This document shows positions 18,808-29,203 of a stretch of 64,000 nucleotides of DNA, piece after piece (position 1 is the stretch's first letter; every line of letters begins with the position of its first letter). The DNA is from Acidobacteriota bacterium (GTDB taxonomy: Bacteria > Acidobacteriota > UBA6911), in contig OY761556.1 of assembly GCA_963664705.1 (NCBI GenBank), forward strand, positions 2,496,001 through 2,560,000, in the 5' to 3' direction. Both the position numbers and the translations under genes were made by a program. The notes below the pieces were generated by a model, which had not been told where the DNA came from, made no database searches, and saw only the letters and a list, made by a program, of their open reading frames with translations.

Positions 18808-19897
18808 AAACCTCTAGCGTTCTGGCTACCATGCGATCGACGCCAAACTCGCGTTCCACACGACGTCTTGCGGCACCACCATATTCGGCACAAAGGAGAG
18901 GATTCGCAATCAAAGTATTCAAAGCGCTCGCAAGAGCATCATCTCTTCCGGGAGGGACAACAAGGCCTGTAATGCCATTCTGATTGACCGATTGGACTCC
19001 CGTAGGCAGGTCCGTGGACACAACAGGCTTCGAACAGGCCATTGCCTCCAACTGCCCAATGCCGAATGTCTCACAGCCGTTAATGGAAGGCAACACAAAT
19101 ACATCCGCAGCATTCAGCAAAAGCCTCAAGCGCGATTCGGTCACCTCACCATAAAACCGCACCCGCGAATCGATCCCCAGGTCCGATGCCAGGCGCTTTA
19201 TCTGCGGCGCCTCCGTTCCTCGACCGGCCAGTAGAAGATACCCGGCAACCGATACCATGGACTTCAAAAGCACCTCAATCCCCTTGTAGTGCCTGGCGGC
19301 TCCCACAAATAAAACTATCGGAGCATCAAATCCACAGCGGAAATCCGTCACCTCTCCCTGCTCCTGACCACTCAACCGAAATAGATCCACCTCGATTCCA
19401 AATGGAATGACCACGCTCTTGTCGCGATGCCTCGAAAAATAGGATGCGGAAGTTATATTTTCCTTTGCACTGAAGAGTACTTTGCTGACTTTATTAAAGA
19501 GACGCTCGAGTATTGGCCGGTACAAGGGGAGAAAAGCCTTTTGCCGGATGATATCGGCATGATAGGTCAGGACAAAAGGGATTCGAGGCGCCCCCCAAAG
19601 CTGCGCCAGGTCGCCCATCGGATTCGGAAAATGGAGATGCACGAGGTCAGGATTGATTTTTCGCAATTCAGCATGTGCCGTGGGACACAGCGGCACCGAG
19701 GCATACCTCCCGAATTCCGGCACTCGGACAATGCGAACGCCATCCAGTGTCTCTTGAATTCTATGACGGGATCGGCTGGGAACCAGAACCGTGACTTGGA
19801 TCTTCCGGGCAAGCTTTCGGCACAGAAGACTCATGTGCTGCTCGACTCCCCCCGTCGTCGGAGGATAGTAGTCCTTAAATACATGGACAACATTCAT
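18788..19897 (-). CDS. Glycosyltransferase family 4
   Basis: GGVEQH N-terminus and EX7E motif ETFGIGQLEAMAC. Confidence 0.9.
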   Translation of the reverse strand: MNVVHVFKDYYPPTTGGVEQHMSLLCRKLARKIQVTVLVPSRSRHRIQETLDGVRIVRVPEFGRYASVPLCPTAHAELRKINPDLVHLHFPNPMGDLAQLWGAPRIPFVLTYHADIIRQKAFLPLYRPILERLFNKVSKVLFSAKENITSASYFSRHRDKSVVIPFGIEVDLFRLSGQEQGEVTDFRCGFDAPIVLFVGAARHYKGIEVLLKSMVSVAGYLLLAGRGTEAPQIKRLASDLGIDSRVRFYGEVTESRLRLLLNAADVFVLPSINGCETFGIGQLEAMACSKPVVSTDLPTGVQSVNQNGITGLVVPPGRDDALASALNTLIANPLLCAEYGGAARRRVEREFGVDRMVARTLEVYGEVLG

Positions 19898-20135
19898 ATA
19901 ACCTTAGCGCTTTCTTAGGATTGAAGAACAGAGAATAAGCGATCTATTGATCCCAGTTCAAATCCTTTTGCTCAAGTTTGTGTTCGTCCTTACGGTGCCG
20001 GTCCGGCGGCATCCGCCCCGTTTCGCCACAAATATTTGGATCCATGTCAGAAATAATTTTGCGAATACGCGGACAAAACCAGGACGCCGCAATGTACAAT
20101 GCGCCGAGTCTATTGCATTGCCGGGAGGATAGCAA

Positions 20136-21683
20136 TTGAAGGCGGCAAATCCGCAGGAATGGGCAGAGCCCTCTCAGGACTCGCCTCATCGCAGCCTGCA
20201 GCGACTGGTTGATCAGGTAGCGGGATACAGTATCGGAGCGGTGTTCAATCGCATTTTGGGCATAATAGTGGCCTGTGTGTATCCCCTCCTCCTGAGCAAG
20301 GAGGAATATGGTCGCCTCGATGTAATCCTGAGTATCCCCCCTCTACTGGCCTGCATTTTTTACCTCGGACTGGATTCCTCTTTGCCGCGCTTCTATTACG
20401 ATGAAAACCGCGGCAGACAACGGGAGAGACTGGTTTCGGCTACCTTCAATTCCGTGATACTCTTCACCCTCATTGCGGTCGTACTGCTGCTTCTCTTTTC
20501 CAGGTCCCTAGCGTTGTGGCTGTATCAGGATGCCCGCTATATTCTCTATTTCCGGCTGATGCTTATTGGAATGCCCTTTACCATGGCCAGCTCGATTGCA
20601 ATGGTGGTGCTCCGCCTTCAGGGACGGATCCGGGCTTTTAACATCCTGATGGCCGCTAATCTGTTGATCGCAGCCATGTGCGGCATCACCAGCATCCTGC
20701 TTCTCCGGATTGCGGCTTCCGGAGTGCTGGTGGGATTCATCGCCGGAAATATGGCGACGGCCGCTGCCGGCATCTGGATCATCCGGGCAGACCTTGCCCC
20801 TGTGATGCCCCTGAGAGAACTAACGCAACTGCTGACCATAGGATTTCCCCTCGCGTTATCAGGCTTCGCAATGTGGCTCATCGGGTTTGTCAACCGCCCG
20901 ATTCTGGTCCGTCATGTTTCCGCGGATGATATCGGCCTCTATGCCATTGCCAGCGGCGCGGTTGCCATGTTTGGACTCCTCATCGCCGCCTTCCGGAATG
21001 CGTGGCAACCCTTTGCCTTTTCCATTATGGAACACAGGGAATACAAAGGCGTTTACGCCCGGGCACTGACGCTGTTCACCGCAGTGGGAGCGACGGCGGC
21101 GGTAGGCCTGTCGTTATTTGCGCCGCAGGTATTGCTATTGATCAATCTGTACACTCACAAAGACTGGTCGGGAGCCGCGCAGACCGTCGGCCCCCTGGCA
21201 TTAGGAATCATCCTGAGCGCTATGTTTTCCGTCATTCAGACGGGAGCCTTTATCGCAAGGCGCACCGGCGTTATTGTTGTCACGGTCGGAATTGCCGCAC
21301 TTATAAATGCGGGGCTCAATTTTCTATGGATCCCTTGGTGGGGCATGATGGGGGCCGCGCTCGCAACCGCCGTCGGACACCTGGCTTCGTTGGTGATCGG
21401 GTATCTTTTTGCCCAGCGACTCGAGCCGATTCCATACCATATCAGGCGGCTGTCGTTTACCATCCTCGCCGCCTCCGTTGCTATCGCGACCGGATCCAGG
21501 CTGCACTCAGAAATGGGAATCCATGATTTGCTGTTGCGATCGCTGATCCTGATCGGCTTCTGCGGCCTTTTGCTTGTCGGCCGGATCATCAATCGGGACG
21601 ACCTGCTGCTTTTCAGGAATATCAACTGGTTCGCCCCACACAAGGAAAATCAGGCCGGTAGAGCTGCTCGTGAGAATGCCTGA
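20136..21683 (+). CDS. Wzx-type oligosaccharide flippase
   Basis: About 14 TM helices, LSKEEYG, GLDSSLPRFY and WIPWWGMMGAALAT motifs. Confidence 0.88.
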   Translation: MKAANPQEWAEPSQDSPHRSLQRLVDQVAGYSIGAVFNRILGIIVACVYPLLLSKEEYGRLDVILSIPPLLACIFYLGLDSSLPRFYYDENRGRQRERLVSATFNSVILFTLIAVVLLLLFSRSLALWLYQDARYILYFRLMLIGMPFTMASSIAMVVLRLQGRIRAFNILMAANLLIAAMCGITSILLLRIAASGVLVGFIAGNMATAAAGIWIIRADLAPVMPLRELTQLLTIGFPLALSGFAMWLIGFVNRPILVRHVSADDIGLYAIASGAVAMFGLLIAAFRNAWQPFAFSIMEHREYKGVYARALTLFTAVGATAAVGLSLFAPQVLLLINLYTHKDWSGAAQTVGPLALGIILSAMFSVIQTGAFIARRTGVIVVTVGIAALINAGLNFLWIPWWGMMGAALATAVGHLASLVIGYLFAQRLEPIPYHIRRLSFTILAASVAIATGSRLHSEMGIHDLLLRSLILIGFCGLLLVGRIINRDDLLLFRNINWFAPHKENQAGRAARENA

Positions 21684-21689
21684 GACAAT

Positions 21690-22805
21690 ATGCCTACAAT
21701 ACTGGATGCCCGCACTGCCATCAGCCATTTCCCGGGTATCGGGCGCTATGCCTGTCAACTGGCACGCTCTCTGGCAAGGCAAAGCAATCGCGATGAGCTG
21801 ATTATCCTTACCAACGCCAATAGCACCGAGGCGCGCTTTGATTTTTCGATGCCGGCAGCCCAGCCGGGCATCCGAATTGTGCCGGTAGATGCTCCCCCTT
21901 TCTCCGTCAAAGAGCAGACTCGGCTTCCCGGGATATTGCGCAAACTGACACCTCGATTGACGCATTTTCCCTACCTTGTCATGCCCTATGCAGCGCCGCG
22001 ACCATTGGTCCTGACAGTTCACGACATCATCCCGCTGCAACTGCCGCGCTTCTTTACAAGCCGCCAGCGGATCCTCTACCGCCTCTCCCTTGAACTGGCA
22101 TTGAGACGCGCAGATGCCGTGATCTGCGTATCGGAATCCACGCGTTCCGATCTTCTATCCAGATTGCACCTGTCCCCGTCGCGGCTTTTTGTTGTCCCCG
22201 AAGGCGTTGGGGAAGCATTCCGAGACTCCGCGGAAAAAGAGGTGCAGAGGGCGCGGGCGGCCTGGGATCTGCCGTCGGAATACCTTCTATATGTTGGAAG
22301 CAACAAGCCTCACAAAAATCTGCCCGCCCTGGTCGAGGCATTTGCGCAGCTGAAAACCAGCGCCGTTCTTGTCCTTGCAGGCCCCGAGGACAACAGGTTC
22401 GACCAGGAACGAAGAATTTCAGAACGGCTTGGATTGGGAAATCGCGTGCGCTGTTTGGGGACAGTGCCCGAAGCTTTATTGCCCGGCCTTTATAGCGGTG
22501 CCCTGGCTTTTGTTTTCCCCAGCCTCTACGAGGGTTTCGGGCTGCCAGTACTGGAAGCGATGGCCTGTGGCATTCCCGTTGCCTGTTCGAATATCCCAAG
22601 CCTGCGGGAAACCTGTGCACGTGCAGCTCTATTCTTCAACCCCGGGGATTGCCGATCTATCGCGCTGGCCCTTGAGCAGATTATCCAGGATAAGCGCCTG
22701 CGCACAGATCTCCGTGACAGCGGATTCAAACGCGCGGCGGAATTGAGTTGGGATGCTGCTGCAAAAAAAACCCTGGAGGTGTATGGGGCAGTGGGTAGTG
22801 GGTAG
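21690..22805 (+). CDS. Glycosyltransferase family 4 (mannosyltransferase-like)
   Basis: GIGRY, TVHDIIP and FPSLYEGFGLPVLEAMACG motifs. Confidence 0.92.
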   Translation: MPTILDARTAISHFPGIGRYACQLARSLARQSNRDELIILTNANSTEARFDFSMPAAQPGIRIVPVDAPPFSVKEQTRLPGILRKLTPRLTHFPYLVMPYAAPRPLVLTVHDIIPLQLPRFFTSRQRILYRLSLELALRRADAVICVSESTRSDLLSRLHLSPSRLFVVPEGVGEAFRDSAEKEVQRARAAWDLPSEYLLYVGSNKPHKNLPALVEAFAQLKTSAVLVLAGPEDNRFDQERRISERLGLGNRVRCLGTVPEALLPGLYSGALAFVFPSLYEGFGLPVLEAMACGIPVACSNIPSLRETCARAALFFNPGDCRSIALALEQIIQDKRLRTDLRDSGFKRAAELSWDAAAKKTLEVYGAVGSG

Positions 22806-22851
22806 TGGGTAGTGGGTAGTGGGCAGTAGGCATTCGCTGCCTGCTGCCCAC
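22785..22851. repeat. Heptamer tandem repeat (GTGGGTA)n followed by a partly complementary arm; probable bidirectional terminator
   Basis: About six GTGGG(T/C)A units, then CTGCCTGCTGCCCAC. Lies between convergent genes. Confidence 0.8.
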
Positions 22852-22861
22852 TTTTGACCGG

Positions 22862-23890
22862 CTATTTCTTCAGCTTGAAATCGGCAGGGATGGCTATGTC
22901 TGCCTCCGGAACAGCAGTATCCACTTTCAGCAGTTCCTGGGTAACAGTCATCATTGTTGCCCTGTTTTTCGGCTGCTGCGTCGAGGTATCGGCCTCGGCG
23001 GCCTTTTTCTTTCGCAGTCCACCCAGCATTCCGCCAATTCCCCGAACAGAGGTCAGGCTACCGGAATCGTTATCCTGCTTTTGTTCCTGAGCCGATTTGG
23101 CCTGGGCTTGGGCCTGGGCTGCGCTCACCACGGTTTCCACCGTCATTTCCGTCAGGATCTGAGCGCCTTTCATATTCACGCTCTCCACCTGCATTTTGCC
23201 CATCATCTCTTTCATCCCTGGATACATTGCCATGACCATGGCCATCTGTTCTGCAGACCCACCCATCCCAAGGGCTTGCTCCAATGCCTTGGCATAGCGC
23301 ATATCGAAGTCCGCGATTTCTTTGGTCGCTGGAATTTCAGGCCCCAGCCAGAGGTGGGATGTGAGCACCATTCCGCCGGCCTCCTCGAGCGTTTTCCCTT
23401 TTTCTCTCATGGTAATGGTCATCAGGACTTCGCGGCAGTCATACCCGTTGATGGCACGCTTTTGACCGGTTTCCTTGAGGGAGAAGTCTACCTCCATCCG
23501 ATTTTGGGGTGCCTGGTCGTCCTTTTTTTCCTCTTTTGTGGCTTTCATCGCCTTTTCCTGCTGCTCCTTCAACCGCTGGCGCATCTCGTCGAAGGTCATA
23601 ACGGTATAGCTCTTCTTTTTCAGGTCGAGTTCATAAATCTTCTGTTCGTTCAGATCGACGATCTCGCTTGTGTTCTCGGATATCGTGGCCTTCCGGTTCC
23701 CTTTTACCGCAACCGTGCTGACGACACCTTCCTTGGCGGCTTTCCCGCCAAACATGCCCATAACGCGGCCCATCATTCCTTCCATCTTGAACTGATTCTT
23801 TTGATCTACCTTCACTTCCGCCCGCAAAACAGCGGAGGAAAGAATCAGTCCTCCCACCAGTACCAAGCCTGCCACCAACCGTCGATTCAT
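22862..23890 (-). CDS. Secreted protein, DUF4412-like
   Basis: Signal peptide (LRA-E), IYELDLKKKSYTVMTF, ETGQKRAINGYDCRE, C-terminal IPADFKLK. Confidence 0.75.
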   Translation of the reverse strand: MNRRLVAGLVLVGGLILSSAVLRAEVKVDQKNQFKMEGMMGRVMGMFGGKAAKEGVVSTVAVKGNRKATISENTSEIVDLNEQKIYELDLKKKSYTVMTFDEMRQRLKEQQEKAMKATKEEKKDDQAPQNRMEVDFSLKETGQKRAINGYDCREVLMTITMREKGKTLEEAGGMVLTSHLWLGPEIPATKEIADFDMRYAKALEQALGMGGSAEQMAMVMAMYPGMKEMMGKMQVESVNMKGAQILTEMTVETVVSAAQAQAQAKSAQEQKQDNDSGSLTSVRGIGGMLGGLRKKKAAEADTSTQQPKNRATMMTVTQELLKVDTAVPEADIAIPADFKLKK

Positions 23891-24089
23891 GTTTACCCTC
23901 CCTCAGTGTTCAACATGGGTACCAAAACAAACAGGGTATTCTACGTCGAACTCAGACCTTATTGGAAGCATCAGCTTCATTTGCGTTGTCATCCCTTTCC
24001 CTGTTTGAACTTGCGCCGATGTAAAAAAAGAGCAACCATCCTAGGAGATGCAACCAGGCAACCTGGAGTTTTCATGAAGGAGGCTCAAG

Positions 24090-25058
24090 ATGAAAGCAGT
24101 TCGCGTACATGAAACCGGCGGTCCGGACAGGCTGATTTACGAGGAGGTACCGGTACCGGTTCCCGGCCCCGGAGAAGCCCTTGTGAAGATTCAGGCTATC
24201 GGGCTCAATTTCATAGACGTCTATTTTCGAACAGGGCTGTACAAATCGTCGCTTCCCTTTATTCCCGGACAGGAGGCGGCCGGTATCGTTGAGAAAGTCG
24301 GCGAGGGAGTCGACACGACTCGGCCGGGAGATCGGGTCGCCTATGCCGGCACCATGGGCGCCTATGCGGATTATGCAATCGTCCCTGCATCCAGACTTGT
24401 GAGTCTGCCGGACGGTGTTAGCTTTGACCTGGCCGCGGCCGTAATGCTCCAGGGAATGACAGCGCACTACTTGACCTATTCGACCTTCCCCTTAAAAAAA
24501 GGCGAGACCATTCTGCTTCACGCGGCTGCCGGCGGCGTGGGACTTCTGCTCACCCAGATCGCCAAAGCTATTGGTGCCACCGTCATCGGAACCGTTTCAA
24601 CCGTGGAGAAGGCGGCGCTTGCGCTTGATGCTGGCGCGGACCATGTCATTCTCTACACTCAGCTGGATTTTGAAGAAGAAGTGAAGAAGATCACTTCCGG
24701 TGCGGGAGTGGAGGTGGTGTACGACTCTGTGGGACGCACAACTTTCGAAAAAGGCCTGAACTGCTTGCGGCGGCGAGGCATGATGGTCCTGTTTGGTCAG
24801 TCGAGCGGACCGGTGCCGCCGTTAGAATTGACTCAACTGAATGCAAAGGGATCCCTTTATATCACGCGGCCCGGATTGCCACACTACATCGCAACCCGCG
24901 ACGAGCTTTTGTGGAGGGCCGGAGATGTTCTGAAATGGGTGGCCGACCAGCGATTGAAGGTGCGGATCGACCGTACATACCCGCTGCAGGAGGTTGCCAG
25001 GGCGCATCAGGATCTGGAAGGAAGAAAAACCTCGGGAAAAGTGATTATCAAACCATAA
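24090..25058 (+). CDS. qor: NADPH:quinone oxidoreductase (zeta-crystallin/MDR family)
   Basis: [29 protein letters not shown] and GSLYITRP motifs. Confidence 0.93.
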   Translation: MKAVRVHETGGPDRLIYEEVPVPVPGPGEALVKIQAIGLNFIDVYFRTGLYKSSLPFIPGQEAAGIVEKVGEGVDTTRPGDRVAYAGTMGAYADYAIVPASRLVSLPDGVSFDLAAAVMLQGMTAHYLTYSTFPLKKGETILLHAAAGGVGLLLTQIAKAIGATVIGTVSTVEKAALALDAGADHVILYTQLDFEEEVKKITSGAGVEVVYDSVGRTTFEKGLNCLRRRGMMVLFGQSSGPVPPLELTQLNAKGSLYITRPGLPHYIATRDELLWRAGDVLKWVADQRLKVRIDRTYPLQEVARAHQDLEGRKTSGKVIIKP

Positions 25059-25072
25059 GCCGTCGAAACAGG

Positions 25073-25106
25073 TGAAGGCTCGAATTGCTTCGAGCCTTCA
25101 TGTTTT
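25073..25106. terminator. Probable bidirectional intrinsic terminator
   Basis: 12-bp stem TGAAGGCTCGAA/TTCGAGCCTTCA followed by TGTTTT, between convergent qor and tonB. Confidence 0.75.
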
Positions 25107-25117
25107 ATCACAACCGC

Positions 25118-25849
25118 CTAGTTCATGCGGAACACGACCGTCACCGTTGCAATGACGGAAACCGGTTCGCCGTTCATGATGGTGGGAGAATATTTCCACT
25201 GCTTGACCGCTTGAATGGCCGCGTCAAGAAGAAGCGGGTGCCCGCTCAGAACCTTCAGGGTGGATACGCCGCCTTCTTCATCGATAACAGCCTCGAGTAT
25301 CACAGTCCCCTGCACATGCGCCTTAACCGCAAGAGGAGGATAAGCAGGATTCACTTTGTAAATCAGCTTGGATTGTTCCAGACTTGCCACGCGAATCGGC
25401 GTGCGCTGCTGCGGCTTTGGAGGCTCAGGAAGCTTGGGCAGCTCAGGAACAAGCCCGACGAAGGATTTCGCGCTGGCCTGGCCTGGACCGTCAATATTCG
25501 GGATCTGCAACAGTGCGAAATTCGGGATCACCGGTCCGGGATCCGTATCATCCGCCACGGGAATACCATCCGGAATCACTCTGGGAGCCCCATACTGCAC
25601 ATTGGATATCGGCCTTTGCGCGGCAGCCGCGATAGGGGCAGGCGGCTTGATGGCCGGGGGCTCCGGAGGCGGCTGCGGCGGCTCAATGAGAAATGTCAGC
25701 AGTTCCTGTGCCTGCAGCACGTTGAAAAAGACCAGCGGTACGAGCACAAGCGCACAGAGGATTACCGCATGAACAACCAGGGAAACCAGCAAAGATGCGG
25801 CGTACCGGATTCCTCCCCGGTCAGTTTCCAGTTTCACGGATTCGAACAT
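25118..25849 (-). CDS. tonB: Energy transducer TonB family protein
   Basis: N-terminal TM helix with SxxxH, Pro-rich linker, YPPLA...QGTVILEAVID C-terminal domain. GGAGG precedes ATG 25849. Confidence 0.88.
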   Translation of the reverse strand: MFESVKLETDRGGIRYAASLLVSLVVHAVILCALVLVPLVFFNVLQAQELLTFLIEPPQPPPEPPAIKPPAPIAAAAQRPISNVQYGAPRVIPDGIPVADDTDPGPVIPNFALLQIPNIDGPGQASAKSFVGLVPELPKLPEPPKPQQRTPIRVASLEQSKLIYKVNPAYPPLAVKAHVQGTVILEAVIDEEGGVSTLKVLSGHPLLLDAAIQAVKQWKYSPTIMNGEPVSVIATVTVVFRMN

Positions 25850-26015
25850 AGACACCTCCCCGCAGACTTCCGCGTCATGTAGGCTGCATTCCAAATTGGG
25901 CGAAATAATTTTCTTTTGGTAAGTGCCTGATCTCTCAGGTCTTTTCTGTTTCTAGCTATGTAGACACTTTTTCAGTGGAGAGGTTCCGCCTTTTCTCAAA
26001 ATACGCACAAATTGA

Positions 26016-26057
26016 GTGGTGACCCCAAAAGTAAAATCTCACTTTTGGGGTCACCAC
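26016..26057. repeat. Perfect 17-bp inverted repeat (hairpin) downstream of argF
   Basis: GTGGTGACCCCAAAAGT-N8-ACTTTTGGGGTCACCAC. Confidence 0.8.
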
Positions 26058-26100
26058 CCGCTATTGAAAAATGGAAGAACGAGTGGGATGCCTCGCCGAT

Positions 26101-27030
26101 CTATCGTGACATTACGGCGAGCAGGATGGCCTTTTGAGCATGCAGGCGGTTTTCCGCCTGTTGGAAGACAACCGAGTGAGTGGAGTCAATCACCGAATCG
26201 GAAACTTCTTCTCCTCGGTGCGCGGGCAGGCAATGCATGAACACATAGTCCGGCTTGGCATGCCGCATCAATGCATCATTAATTTGATAAGGTTGGAAAA
26301 CCTGACGTCTTTTGGCCGCCTCGGACTCGAGGCCCATGCTTGTCCAGACATCCGTGTAGACCACATCTGCCCCGGCGGCCGCTTCCTCAGGATTACGCAG
26401 GATATCAAGCCTGCACCCTGTCGCACCGGCATTATCCGCGGCCCATTTCAGGACCTGAGAATCCGGCGCATATCCCTCAGGCGTGGCTATCGCGAGATGA
26501 ACGCCAAAACGAACGGCGGCATATATCAGCGAGTGGGCGACATTGTTGCCATCGCCGATATAGGCAACCTTCAGCTTGCGCAAATCCCCCTTCAATTCCT
26601 GGATAGTTAAGTAATCAGCCATAGCCTGGCAGGGATGGCTGAAATCCGTAAGCCCGTTAATGACCGGAATGGAGGCATACTGCGCCATCTCTTTCACATT
26701 CTCATGGCTGAATGTACGGATCATGATGCCCTGGACCATGCGCTCCAGATTTTTGGCAACATCACTGACCGTCTCACGCTTCCCAAGATTGATCTCCGCC
26801 TTGGTCAGGCTGATCGAAAAACCGCCAAGCTGATGAATCCCCACGTCAAAGCTGACGCGTGTGCGAAGCGAGGGCTTCTCAAAAATCATCGCCAGAGCCA
26901 TTCCGTCCAGTTTATGACTGAACTTCTGCGGATCATTCTTTACCGCGACAGCAACGGATAGGGCTTCACTCAGCTCTTCACTCGACCAATCGGCAATCGA
27001 AACAAAGTCCTTCGTCTTCATAATCTGCAC
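26101..27030 (-). CDS. argF: Ornithine carbamoyltransferase
   Basis: FEKPSLRTR, HPCQ, DVWTSMG, HCLP and AENRLH motifs. Confidence 0.95.
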   Translation of the reverse strand: MQIMKTKDFVSIADWSSEELSEALSVAVAVKNDPQKFSHKLDGMALAMIFEKPSLRTRVSFDVGIHQLGGFSISLTKAEINLGKRETVSDVAKNLERMVQGIMIRTFSHENVKEMAQYASIPVINGLTDFSHPCQAMADYLTIQELKGDLRKLKVAYIGDGNNVAHSLIYAAVRFGVHLAIATPEGYAPDSQVLKWAADNAGATGCRLDILRNPEEAAAGADVVYTDVWTSMGLESEAAKRRQVFQPYQINDALMRHAKPDYVFMHCLPAHRGEEVSDSVIDSTHSVVFQQAENRLHAQKAILLAVMSR

Positions 27031-27207
27031 CCATTTAGAGAATCAGATAATGTAACGGAAAGAAGAAGCCGGAAGCAAGGAGCAAGAAGCAAGGAGACAC
27101 TTGGCAATGAAGCCCACTGGGGCGCCGCCATCCCGGCGACAACGGCTTTGATAGAGACCTTGCCGGCGAGATGGTGAATGCCATTTGCTTTTCTCGGCGC
27201 TTTTCTT

Positions 27208-27293
27208 TCGCCCCTTCAGGGCTCCTTGAGCTCTGAACATAACCCCGGGCTCGCAGGCTCGCCCGGGGCTACTATCTTTCGCGCCTTCGGCGC
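27208..27293. repeat. REP-like triple-hairpin repeat that is the IS target
   Basis: GCCCCTTCAGGGC...CCCCGGGC..GCCCGGGG...GCGCCTTCGGCGC. A related element in opposite orientation lies at 29204-29292. Confidence 0.65.
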
Positions 27294-27384
27294 CTGGACC
27301 TTGGACATTTGCGTATGTTAAGTTGTTATTTGCTATACATACATACGCAGTTGTGGCATTATCTCTGCAACGGAGGTTAATGCC

Positions 27385-27738
27385 ATGAAGAAACTAGATC
27401 CGCTAGAACTACAAGATCCGATCCAACTCGCTGTGCTTAATGCCTTCGAGGTGGCACTCGATGCCCAGCTACGTGCAATTCGAAAGTTAAAGAATCCCGA
27501 TTCCGTGAAAGAGCAGCGTACGGCAGGGAGTATGTCACAGATCGATATGGTATACGACATACTTCAACGGGCAGGCAAGCCGCTACATATTACGGAAATC
27601 CTGGAACGTATTGAGAAGGTCTTTGGTAAACAACTGGATAGAGAGTCCGTGGTCTCATCCTTAGTGAAAAAGGTACGTCGCCACGATCGCTTTCTGCGAA
27701 CGGACAAGAACGTCTTTGCTCTGAAGCAAGGAGAGTGA
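27385..27738 (+). CDS. Small winged-helix (HARE-HTH-like) protein inside the IS
   Basis: GGAGG RBS, VYDILQRAGKPLHITEILERI...FLRTDKNVFAL, stop overlaps the transposase start. Confidence 0.7.
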   Translation: MKKLDPLELQDPIQLAVLNAFEVALDAQLRAIRKLKNPDSVKEQRTAGSMSQIDMVYDILQRAGKPLHITEILERIEKVFGKQLDRESVVSSLVKKVRRHDRFLRTDKNVFALKQGE

Positions 27739-29114
27739 TCATGCTGCTGCCCTTCTACCGTTCCTTGTTGGAGCAGAGTTGGAAGGATGTTTTTAAGCAA
27801 GCACGGACACTGAAGCGAGGAATTGACCACGCTTTGACGTGGCCTTCGGCCTTGGGTCGAAGGACGATCTCGCAGATGATCTGTGTGCAAGGGCGGAATC
27901 AGGAAGACTGGAGCGCAGATTACAAGTTTTACTCGCGTAGTCATTGGGACGAGCAGGCATTGTTTGACAGGATCTCTGAAGAATATCTGAATCGATATCC
28001 GAACAAGCCTGTGGTTCTAGCAGTAGATGACACTCGGATAGTAAAGAGCGGAAAAAAAATCCCAGGGGCCAGCTGGCAAAGAGATCCTTTGTCGCCTCCG
28101 TTTCAAGTAAACATGATTTGGGGGCTTCGGTTTCTGCAAGGATCCTTGCTGTTTCCGCACCATTGCGAGGGTGAATTCTCTGCGCGGGGTTATCCAGTGG
28201 CCTTTAGACACGTACCCGTCGTAAAGAAACCCGGGATCCGTGCCAGTGACCAGCAGCGAGAAGAATACAGGCGATTGAAAAATGCTAATAATCTTTCCAC
28301 ACAATCGTTGGAATGGATTCAAAACTACCGGAACCAGTTAGACAAGATGAAGGCAACAAATCGCACATTGCGAATCGTCGCAGATGCGAGCTTCTGTAAC
28401 CGCTGTTTTTATAAAAACCCTCTCGACCGGACAGAGTTGCTGACACGATGTCGGAAGGACGCCCGCCTGTGTTTCCCTGCACCCGAGGGCAGTGGCCGGC
28501 GATATAGTATCGACATCTTCTCTCCTAAGGATGTCCTCGATTCCCAGCGCGCTGTTTTTAAATGGTGCAAAATCTGGATGGGCCAAAGAAGACGCCGTAT
28601 TCGTTACAAGATAGTGGAAGCCGTTCTTTGGCGACGTGGGGCAGGCACTCGGCAATTGCGATTAATTGTTATTGCACCCATACCATATAAGCTCTCGCCC
28701 AATGCCTCCCGAAATTTTCGTCAGCCAGGTTATTTGCTGTCGACCGACACCTACAGCCCCGTCCGAGACTTGATCCAAAGCTACTTTGATCGTTGGCAAA
28801 TCGAAGTCAATCATAGAGACGAAAAAACTGTGCTTAGCGTCGGACAGGCTCAGGTCTGGTCGATGTCGTCCGTATCGAAACAGCCGGCCTTGACAGTAGC
28901 TTCGTATTCCATGCTTTTGCTGGCAGGGTTGCATTGTTTCGGGCCCGGTCGCGATTTTTGTCGCATCCCTCTTCCGAAATGGCGATCGAACAGTTCACGC
29001 GTTTCTTTGCTCGATTTACTGACCTTGCTACGCACAGAAATCATTGAAACGTCTGTCAAGGAGCCCATTTATGCGAAAATGGCCCAAAATCTAACCATTT
29101 TCGCTAAAACATGA
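27735..29114 (+). CDS. DDE transposase, IS4 superfamily
   Basis: AVDDT, VADASF, and the Y-2-R-3-E-6-K signature YFDRWQIEVNHRDEK. Confidence 0.92.
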   Translation: MIMLLPFYRSLLEQSWKDVFKQARTLKRGIDHALTWPSALGRRTISQMICVQGRNQEDWSADYKFYSRSHWDEQALFDRISEEYLNRYPNKPVVLAVDDTRIVKSGKKIPGASWQRDPLSPPFQVNMIWGLRFLQGSLLFPHHCEGEFSARGYPVAFRHVPVVKKPGIRASDQQREEYRRLKNANNLSTQSLEWIQNYRNQLDKMKATNRTLRIVADASFCNRCFYKNPLDRTELLTRCRKDARLCFPAPEGSGRRYSIDIFSPKDVLDSQRAVFKWCKIWMGQRRRRIRYKIVEAVLWRRGAGTRQLRLIVIAPIPYKLSPNASRNFRQPGYLLSTDTYSPVRDLIQSYFDRWQIEVNHRDEKTVLSVGQAQVWSMSSVSKQPALTVASYSMLLLAGLHCFGPGRDFCRIPLPKWRSNSSRVSLLDLLTLLRTEIIETSVKEPIYAKMAQNLTIFAKT

Positions 29115-29203
29115 TTTGTTTTTGTCCAAAGTCCAGGCGCCTTCGGCGCTGGATCTTTGTTCCATCTATATACTAAGCGCCGGAGCCGCGCCTCATCCAG
29201 CCC

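Larger units (their letters stand above)
27294..29136 (+). mobile_element. IS4-superfamily (IS701/IS4-like) insertion sequence with two ORFs
   Basis: TIRs CTGGAC(C/T)TTGGACA. The 13-bp direct repeat GCGCCTTCGGCGC flanks both ends (27281-27293 and 29137-29149). Confidence 0.9.

Noticed and set aside
23081-24112. 343-aa His/Leu-rich plus-strand ORF (likewise 12011-13201, 15130-15888, 48396-49211, 55123-55905)
   Set aside because: Antisense shadows of well-supported genes in GC-rich DNA, with no motifs or RBS.
26101-27030. SLRT motif suggesting an N-acetyl/succinyl-ornithine transcarbamylase
   Set aside because: The ornithine-binding DxxxSMG loop is intact, consistent with an ordinary OTCase.
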